DNA of 64,000 bases, from the NCBI GenBank assembly GCA_976226885.1, contig OZ320320.1, forward strand, positions 37,386,001 through 37,450,000, read 5' to 3'. Shown one piece after another: positions 54,801-64,000 of this stretch. The notes under the pieces are model-generated. The model was not told where the DNA came from and made no database searches. It saw only the letters and a program-made list of their open reading frames with translations. Position 1 is the first letter of the stretch, and every line of letters begins with the position of its first letter. Both the position numbers and the translations under genes were made by a program. The stretch is from Iphione sp. A-MEVVRFRX5 (Eukaryota).

Positions 54801-56079
54801 AAATAGGGACAGAAACAGAGAAAGAAATAGATTGATATGGAGATGGAGAGACAGCCAGGCAGGCCAAACGAGAGGACATGTAGAAATGTGTGGCGTTTAT
54901 ATATGCCCAACGCAACTGTATTTATATAAGGTATACATGTCTGAGTGAGAACGATGAATCGCCAACGTCTGAATATATTTGCCAGCCACAATGCATATTA
55001 ACATATGCCAGCGTCCTTGCGCTGCTGTCTGTATGCGCTCACACATGAGTCTTGATTCCTTGGATGTCCGCATAAAAAAGGTCTGCCAATACCCCTGTAT
55101 ATGTATGTGAGAGTTGAAAAGTGCGTGATTCGAGCCAAAAGATAGGGAATGGAGGAGGGGAGAGGGGCGACCAGCGGGTGGGCTGACTCAGGGTTATGGT
55201 CTGGTGTCTGTGCTGCTCCCTCTAATGTTAGTATCGTGACTGGCCTTCGACGACGATCCCCATATTGGCCTAGCCGGAGTTAACACAGCCTGGCGGCACT
55301 GTTGATTGGAACCCACTGCAGGAACCACTTTGCAAATGAGTTTCTTACGAAGGGCGTCAACAGCTGTAACCGACTCAATGACAGTAATGCAAGGTAGATG
55401 TAGACGTTCATTTACATAATAAATCCTCCTCCAGGTCCTCAGGGAGATGACCTGTCTGGTTGGGGACAGATGACTGACCATCCAAGCAATATCTTTTGAA
55501 AAAAAACGGAGCTTGCACGATCCGCATATGGGGGGGCAGTTAACGTCAACGTGTTTGCCTGTCTGTCCGTATGTTTGTCGACCCCAGTCGGCTTGAGTCT
55601 GTTCCCGTCCTGGCAAAGTACAGTGCTGTGGAGACTGTTCCTTCTTCACAGCAGAAAAAAATAGTTGAGAGCTTGATGTTATCGGATATGTTTAGGCGTA
55701 CCGCATCGGAAAGAAACGGGAGACCATTCATGGATAAGAAAAACACAGAGACGTAGGGGATCAGGAAGATAGGGGAAGAAGAGGCAACACAAATTATGAC
55801 AAAAATAACAAAGCTGAGATGAGACGGGGAATAAGTAATGATACCCAGCCGGAGGTACAGAGCTCCAGAAGTCAGGGGGAGAATGGTAGATGTCAGATAT
55901 TATGTAACTGCATTTTCATGTGGTGTATTGCATCATTCACGTATCTAGATGTATCCGGTACCGTAGCGTGCTTGCATGGTTGTTTATTATAGATGTATAT
56001 TTGTCTGAGTAGGAAGGGACGATGGCTCCGTCTGCCTATCAGGGTGCGGGTTCGGGAGCTACAGGACGCGCTTGTGTGT

Positions 56080-56500
56080 GTGTGGGGGGGGGGGGCCGGG
56101 GGTTAGTGGGCGGGGGGGTGTGTAGGGAGTATGGCCCTCAGGGTACGGGCAAAGCGGGCGGAGGCGGGCTTTCGTCGGTGGTATAAACCAGCTCGCCCGA
56201 CACACTAATACGCCCTGGCAGCTCAATGGCTACGTTGGCGCCTGGCAAACGACCCCAACGGTGGCGCCACCGGGCGGAAGGCGTCCCGTATTTCACCCCG
56301 TCTGACCGCCTATTATCGCCCGGCCCAATGGAGCTGTCATGACCCCGGAGACAAGTAATGGCTACCTCTGCCGATAGGGCGTGCTGCTGCCAGATGGTTC
56401 TCCTCTACCAAAGCTGGCACACGAGTGGGTCGGCTGGTCGGTGCTCGGCGGAGGGCAGTTCGCTAAAGGCACGAGCAACTCGCAGAGCATCGATCAGCAT
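56080..56500. promoter_or_regulatory. CpG-rich promoter-like island
   Basis: Several GGGCGG boxes (e.g. 56156), TATAAA at 56182, the palindrome GGTGGCGCCACC, and a minus-strand donor ATG|GTGAGG at 56512. Confidence 0.4.
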
Positions 56501-58981
56501 GTAGACCCTCACCATTCGTGTCTGTGCATTGCACACCCTTTCTTCATCAGATACACTCTGAGGCAATGTTCGGGAGATCGAACCCTAGCCGCTTTCCAAA
56601 ACTACCAATCTCAAGGCTAGCTGCGTGTTCGATCGAAGTCGGCAGGAACAGGGGACAAAGGGATGCCTCCTCCTTTCTGAGCTAGGAGTGCTAGCCTGAG
56701 GGTAGGGTACCCCGTTTCGGCTTCATAGCCAAAGTACCCTCTCTTCTTGAGCTCCCTAATAGATGGGTTTGGGTTCCGTATAGCCCACATTATTTCACAG
56801 CGACGGACATGAAAGTAATAGCAGATATTACGCCGTTGACTCGCCATTAAAGAAGCACCCCTGATTCCTAAAAAAACACATAACAGGGGTACCTGCTTTA
56901 AATGTCATGTTTCTTGCAAGAAATTCAGATTGGTTTTATTGAACTCTATCCTTATCTAGCTCTGTCTAGTTTAACACACATATCCAGTAGGTCTTCTTTT
57001 CGAAAGCAGACCTCCTTCTAGATGGAAGGAAATGAATGCATAATCTCATTTGTTTCGTTCACTAGTGTTTTAGACATGAAGGAAGCGGAGAGCATATGGC
57101 AAACGTATATTTAGAGAAAGGCGTTATCAACGCTTGTTTTGCTTACTTGCCTCCCTATGTACTATGATAAGCGAATCAGGTCAGTGTATTCAGCGTATCA
57201 CGCCTTCCCAAAGTTTCCTTCAACAAAGGCCTTAGTGAGCAGGCCAGTGAGGCTGGGACCAGGCTGGACAATGCTCCTTCAGCAATATCACATGCAAGTG
57301 GACAGCCATCAACACTCAGGCTCTCCACAAAGTCGAGAATCAGCTCACACATGTGACGGGCTTTGTTTGCTCAGTAGAAAGCATTCTGTTTGGAGGAGTA
57401 TCCCGAATCACAGCGCCCTCATGTTTGTAAGAGGCTGTTCGTCAGCAGGTGTTGTCAGGCCTTCTGCTGGCCTGCGAAGCTGGGATGAAAGACTCAGTGA
57501 GCGGTTCTGTGTATTTTTTTTGTGCCGGACCCTCAGTGATATCGACCCCTGTGGTCTGAATGCATTCGTCTCTGAAAGTATATATATGCTTGGGTGAACG
57601 TATCCGTGTGTAAGTACACAATTTTATTTCTACACAAAATAAGGTTTATATATGTTCATCTATGAATGCAAAATAGTTACCATTATGATACCTCCAACAT
57701 GTTTACTAACTCCCTACATTGGACAAACGATTGTTAACGGTCACTTTAGAGGAATAGTACTTAACTCTGGTTCCTTTTTGATGACTGTTCAAACAATATT
57801 AAATATGCTCTCAATACTAGTAGTATCACTATGGTATTATTTTTCGATTGATAAATGCACCCAACATCTATTATTGAATTCCTATGAGGAATTCTCGAAA
57901 TCATGATAATGTCAAGTTGAAAATGGCAAGAATGGCAATTGCTCAAGTCAGTCCTGGCACGGGACGATTGAAGAGTTCGGGTAGGTATTGGTTATGTGGT
58001 AAGAATCGTCATCCGCCATCTTTCTCGTATTTATACCTACAGGTGTTGATAACGCAAATGACTTGAAATAAAACGACTAGTCTGTTCACCATTATGCTGA
58101 TAACATCATTAATAATCGATTTAACTATGCGAAGGGCATTAATAAGAATGCATCCATCTCCCAGTGGCCTTGTAAGAACCATTCATCTGCTCCCCGAGCC
58201 ACTCTTCACCTGCTCGTGGTTTATGGTCGTATAAATAAGGTGTTCAACGGAGGAGGCGACAAGGGAGATCCACGAGTTAATTAATCGGCATCACATCGAA
58301 AATAAGACGGATTACATCAGATCAGATCGGGAAAAGAGGGCTGGTGAGAATGAGGGGAAGGACCGTAACGCATTGTGTGCAGTCGTGTACGAGAAATCAA
58401 AAGGAACATAGAGAAAGAGACAGAAATAGGCCCTGCACAAATATACTAAATCATCACAACTGGAAGTCACAAGATTCCGACTGGCAAGGAGTCAGATGCA
58501 CAGGTTTATATAAGATTGGAACATTAGAACCTAATGTACCATCCTATACAGTGTCAGACGGTCTTCTGTGTACATCCAAGTCATGATATAGATTCAAATA
58601 ATTTGTAAATAAGTAATCGCTACACCTTCCGGAGAAAGTAACTTCTAATGTTAAATGTAATAATATGTGATTTGAAACATTGCAACATCAACCTTTTTAT
58701 TGGTCTCGTGTCTGGAGATGTTCAGAAGCTGTCAACGTATTTATTCACCAGGAGAAAAGTTTCCATGTCACTTTCGGTATTATATCAGGAAGTCCTTTTT
58801 CTTACTTGCGGCAAGGTCATCAGGAAGATTATTGCATTTTTGTCGATTTGGCGTGCAGGTAAACTTCATTAAAAATGTAATATCAACCGAGAGGGACAAG
58901 CAAAACACCTTCTCTTGGTGGTGATTGTCTGGCTTCGTTTATAGTGGTTTTGGTTTTTAAGTTAAAACTTAGAGTACTTAC

Positions 58982-59057
58982 CTGGATTCACCGCATAACT
59001 TACGGTATATATTAGGCAATGTATACCAAAAGCTATCAGTAAAGGTCTAGGCTTCAT
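58982..59057 (-). CDS. Candidate first coding exon encoding a signal peptide (MKPRPLLIAFGIHCLIYTVSYA/VNP, phase-1 end) of an unidentified secreted or membrane protein
   Basis: Minus strand reads cctttttttccatctctttccAG|ATGAAGCCT...AATCCAG|GTAAGT: strong polypyrimidine acceptor, ATG right after it, perfect donor. 76 nt = 25 codons + 1. The peptide has a basic n-region, hydrophobic core and S-Y-A cleavage-like motif. A second donor ACC|GTAAGT lies at 59003. Confidence 0.6.
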
Positions 59058-61147
59058 CTGGAAAGAGATGGAAAAAAAGGATCAGAAATTGTGCATTCAT
59101 ATCAGTAAAATGTTGATAGGTGATGTTTTATTGGAAGGAGACATGTGCAGAGCCATACTTTGCCATACATTGTTTCCATTACAAGAAAATAAAACCTCCG
59201 CTATCCGAATAATCTACTTATCATAAAATGCCTTTTAATTGTTGAAGAAATAAAGATACAAAGTCACGTTTTATATATGAAAGACAACTGGTGGCGCTGA
59301 AATGTATTTTGAATATGTGTAGATATACTCATGCTGATGCCAAAGCTTGAGATTAATTTAGAAGGAACAATAATGTTTTGTAAGGTATTATCTCTATACA
59401 ATGAGTAAATCTAGAAACTGAGTATCCAGATATAACGCGGTTTGATGGCATTGCAGAATAGACCACTGTGGCTTCTTCCGTGCATTCTGATAAATATCCC
59501 TATTTATGCAGTGGTAATGCAATAATGCAAACACCTCATAAAACGTTCGGTTAGGCAGAGAAGGACTGTAAAATTATGACAATTTTTTGACTATTGGATC
59601 GACTTCATGCATCAGAAAAAAAACACCAAAGAGACGATCTATAATCGATAAATCAATGTTTAACTATAAAAGTTACACAAGGAAACTACAGGGAGGAGGC
59701 TGCACACAGGGCACAAAATCAAGACGGCCTCAACTGAAGCAATCAATGTCGGCGAAAAGATGCACTTGAACATTTCACACACATCGGCGATGCTCTAGAA
59801 ATAAACCTCGTATAAGTCAACCGTTGGTCTTCAAGTATCAGCCGTTACTGTGAACTAATTTTTGTAAACGACAAATCTGGACTGATACTCCATTTGCATT
59901 AATCGGGAAGCAATCCCAGCACGAAGATCTTTTGCAGCTGCGTTAACAATGAGGAGAAAGAAAATCTTCAATCGTCATCGGGTGGATGCGACTACGCCTA
60001 GATTATGGCTGTCGGAGCTGCATCCATAAGCCTGGGATTAAGTTCCCTGTAGAGCTAGAATGATCAAGAGGTTGTCAACGTCGTATATTATCAGTGTTTA
60101 TCTGTGGAAGTCTACTCTTTCAGCCCGCATGGGGTTTGCGTGTAGCGAGAAAAGTGTCCATGTAGCAGAACGACCTGTACTTGGCAAGGGTTAAACTACT
60201 CGCTTATGTTTCTTTTCCAAATTTTCTTTTGCCCGCTTCTGGCTGGGCTGTATTGAACACTCCAGACCAGGTCAGACGCAGAGTGTATTCCAAGTCGATA
60301 GGCTGTGCCTAAAAATGCAACGGAGTGCGATGATGTGCTGATGAATCAAATGCAGTTATATTTACGATATTTAATCGATGTTTCACACATCTGTTTAGAG
60401 AGCAATTGAATTCGATTAATTTTTTTTTTACATTGTTTGACATTGTGTTGAAAAAGTACCACAACGCCTACATTTTATCGAATCCATAGGCTGCACATAA
60501 GCAATTCCCCATCCCTTGTATAACGTGTGAAGACAAACGTTCTATAATAAGCTCTAGGACAGAACACAAAGGTGTCAACGTGCATAGTTGTCAAGACGAC
60601 TTGGTACTCCTTCTGAGCCGGGTAGTTTCCTAAACAATAGCGCAAACTCACAAAGCTCTGAAGGCAATTTTGCTGAAGACTTTGAAAACTTCAAATTACT
60701 GCTCAATGTGCGCCTCCCAGAAGATGGTACCATAGATTAAGGAGTTCAAGAGAAATGTCACTAAAATGCTCAGAATCCGTAATATTTGGTGCTCATAAGA
60801 ATTCACGGTTAAATTGGTGCAGGTTCCCCTTTAGTCTGGTGAACGATGCAAATGAAGACTACAAGGACATTCCATCACCTTAAGTGGATAGGGAAAGCGA
60901 AAATTCGAAAGAACTATTTGATTCCGTGTTTGTGCGTGTATGTATGTGTGTGTGTGGGTCTGTCTTTGTGCAATGGGCATCGCTCCGCAAGCGTGTACCA
61001 CTCCATGTACCCCCCTGTGTGTATACCTGTGTGTGTGTATGTGGAGGACCAAGACGTGTTAACACTTGGCTCACCAGCTGCCAGCTCAGCCCTTCTGTGC
61101 CGTGCCAGAGACACAGAGGTGGCAATACTTCACATGGATTTCCTCAC

Positions 61148-61220
61148 CCTCGATACGTCCAATAACTACCAACTGTGGATAGGCCTCCACCGTACGGACT
61201 GACTAGATTTGAAACGTTCG
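61148..61220 (-). other. Candidate 5' UTR exon upstream of the signal-peptide exon
   Basis: actgtgcctttAG|cgaac ... cgagg|GTGAGG, with an alternative donor gctg|GTGAGC at 61074. It lies between the CpG island at 62.4-62.9 kb and the exon at 59057. Confidence 0.3.
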
Positions 61221-62379
61221 CTAAAGGCACAGTTATCTGTATGACGGGATATCAAAATAAGAGGCAAAATACTCAGAGCACATGCCACGCGATATAAGGA
61301 GTATTGGAGTATGTACAACAGTACAGTAGGAAACAAACGGTAAGCAGTTTGCCGGCATCTTTATATAGCAAAGCGAAGAAATAAACATTACATGATGACC
61401 TCTGTCGTGTCGACATGTTTCAGCTAGTGACTGATCCTTCACATGATAAGGCCCACCCTGGAATAAACATTGGCTTATTTTGGAAATTTAATCTGGCCAA
61501 CTTAGAAGAGATTTTCTTGTTAGATGAACCATGTAGATGTAAACTAAGCCGAACTGTACAACTTGACCTTCAAATACGCTGAGATAATGACAAGCAGGGT
61601 ATTCTTTTACGCCATAGAGAGACCGCAACTTCGAAATATTCTATTCACATGCATGTTGTACATCGATATGTAATTCAATCCTTAATGGGAACTGCAGTGT
61701 TGCCTCCTCTCATCCAGGACGATGTAGCATTTCCCTAGTGAGGTATTCGTCGTGTTTTCATTCCACATTTATTCGTCACTGAGTAACAATTTCTGGTTTT
61801 ATTCTGTTGGGCAAAGGGTTCTGAAATATCGGGTCCTGTCATAATTCAGCTGGTCTGCGTTGATATTAAGATGGAGGATGTCTGTCATTATATGCATATT
61901 CATGTTTCGCCTGAACTTCGTTACGTTATGCAAAACCTAAATAAAAAAAACAGACTATGTACTGTAGCAGAAAATGCTAGTTTTATTTTATCCACCATAG
62001 CCTGCAGCTGAAGCAATCCCATGCACCACTGTCAAGATATTAACCCAGATGGCAGAACAGCCTCATCCATGGGTCATCCTATCAGCCAGCATTATCAGTT
62101 GAAGCGACCTTTTGACCTTATCGCTATCTCAACAGCAGGCCTCTGACTATCAGCAACACATGGTACCAGTGTGACCAGCGGCCAAATGTCACTACTCCCT
62201 TCATTTGTCACCCTGAACCGATGGCCCATAGTAAAGTACTTTCTTTAAGTTTTGGTTTTACAATTTTGACAAAATTTGTATAGATACGTTTTAAAGGGCA
62301 ATTCTTCGTGTTAGAAAAAAAAACTCATACGGTTGTCATTGTTGAAAGAAATAGCTTTCACATATGTAGTGCGGTATAG

Positions 62380-62900
62380 ATAGGGCCCTCACAATCGCGC
62401 TCTTTCAATCCACGTAGCTGCCCAGTCCTCGCGTCATCCCATACAAATCTATCCAAGAACTCCATCGCCCTGCCACGTACCGACCAATACAGCCATGAGA
62501 GCGTCAGCGACGCCCGAGCTAAAGTCGTCAGTGCAGCTCATTCCCTTACACGACATCCCAAACGTGACATCTACACACATACTGGCAGCGAACCTCACAT
62601 TCTTCCCTTACACATAAACACACACACACATACACATAGAAAACCCGCCTTGACTGACGGCGAGGCAAACAAACAGGCAAACATTCAGACAAGCGGGCGG
62701 CGTGCCAACGTATGACGAGCATCTATCTAGCTGCGGGTGGCGCAGGCCGCCGCCGTAGGAGAGAGATTGGCAGCACGGTTGGTCCGGCTAAAGAGCAGCG
62801 CGTTCGGATAGAAATGGGCCGTGCCAGCTCGGGCCCTAACCACATGGATCATACACCGACAAGCAGTCGATTGGTGGGTCCGACTCTGCCGACGGGCGAA
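62380..62900. promoter_or_regulatory. CpG-rich promoter-like island, candidate promoter for the signal-peptide exon
   Basis: High CpG and three CCAAT/ATTGG boxes (62484, 62766, 62870), 3.5 kb upstream (minus strand) of exon 59057. Confidence 0.4.
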
Positions 62901-64000
62901 GATTTGTTCCTCTCCTGGTACCCTGCACCCTCAGCCTATTGATTACAGCCTATCGGGCTACGCACACCCTACATCGATTGGCGAGTTTTTGCGTACAAAT
63001 TTGCTCAAGGATTTCTGCACATTTCTCCAAAAGTTGAAGCACGTTTTCTTCAAAGAATCAGGCATGACTTTTTTTCCTGCTGGATGCCAGTCACAATTAT
63101 CATTACGTGGCTTTGCCATATTCCTCCGAGTCTTCGTTTGTCTTGCCATGCCCGTAGCACAATATGCCACTGTTTTCTTATAACCACAAGCATTACAAAT
63201 ATATCCGGCCGCCTAGGTTTGAATATGTACTTGAGGGCCCGATTTTATTCAATAAGATTGGAATGAAAAAATAGAAACATAACGAATAATGACTATTATG
63301 TAATTAGTCCAGGCAAAAGGAAATGATGGCAACAAAGGGGACAATTGATCATCAAGCACAGTCACCTTTCTAGTGCCGTTTCGTATTACAGTTATCATTC
63401 GCAATCCAACTTACATCGATGGATGAAACCGCATCCAGTCAATCTCCCTTTCCACGTACCTACTTACCTACACACACACTCAGAAACGTCATCCTGACAG
63501 ACCTGGTCGTCTTTTCTGTGATCCATACAGACGCAGCATTCATTTGACAACCGCTAAGTATCAGAATCTCCAGAGAGGTTCACCTGTTTTTATGTTGACT
63601 AGGTCGGGTTCTCGTGATCCCCACCAGTGCCGAGATAAGCATACATTTGTGTAGGACAGTCGCGGTAATTTACTCATAAAAGGGCTGTAGCCGAGCGTCG
63701 TACATATTTGACCGTGGACGTGCTCGTATTACTATTTGTCCGTGGCCTATTATTAAGTCTCCCCTCCTTTATAGAATGAGGCCGTCTGACCTCATCATCG
63801 GACCTCTCTTCTCAATTACAAATCTTCACTTCGTTTCCTCTTGTCTCGATGAAGTGGACCAGTCCAAATAGCGGTGTGTGTGTATGTGTGTGTATGGAGG
63901 GCGGTCAGCACCAGGCTTGAAGTCGAACTATGAATGTAATCGCACCGTGACATGGAGGAGTCACTTAACCTTGATTACCAGATGAAATCAGGCTCAGCCT

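Noticed and set aside
56560-56690. tRNA-like A-box (TAGCTCAG) and B-box (GGTTCGAT) on the minus strand
   Set aside because: Spacing of about 95 nt and no cloverleaf stems.
58975-58985. TACTTACCTGG, identical to the U1 snRNA 5' end
   Set aside because: The following sequence is not U1; this is the reverse complement of a perfect splice donor.
61460-61582. Frame containing IFLLDEP, similar to an ABC-ATPase Walker B motif
   Set aside because: No signature motif or D-loop context, a stop soon after, and no splice sites supporting an exon.
1-64000. Prokaryotic systems (CRISPR arrays, operons, defence islands) and the many 60-150 aa ORFs in the track
   Set aside because: The DNA is eukaryotic and intron-like. 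The minisatellite has no unique spacers or cas genes nearby, and most ORFs are translations of GA/CT/GT low-complexity tracts.

Overview
Eukaryotic (animal-type) genomic DNA that is almost entirely non-coding. I found no rRNA, tRNA, CRISPR, operons or intact transposase/RT ORFs, and none of the listed ORFs resembles a protein family I recognise. The repeat style (Harbinger-type MITE, GA/CA microsatellites, locally undepleted CpG) suggests an invertebrate, possibly lancelet-like; this is inference only. The best-supported structure is one large minus-strand transcription unit. It has a signal-peptide exon at 59057-58982 (strong acceptor, AG|ATG, MKPRPLLIAFGIHCLIYTVSYAVNP, CAG|GTAAGT), followed by apparently more than 50 kb with no recognisable domain-coding exon, and a second hydrophobic start exon at 950-872 (MNRARIVFFMFIGCLALVVLSV). 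In between lie many CpG-rich promoter-like islands, several ending in strong minus-strand donors (candidate alternative first exons), as well as CTCF-like motifs mostly in one orientation, small candidate cassette exons and a candidate recursive-splice site. Also present are a 331-bp PIF/Harbinger-type MITE with TAA target duplication, a ~53-bp minisatellite, a 28-bp tandem duplication and several microsatellites. The gene cannot be identified from this window, and all exon calls are by-eye predictions.
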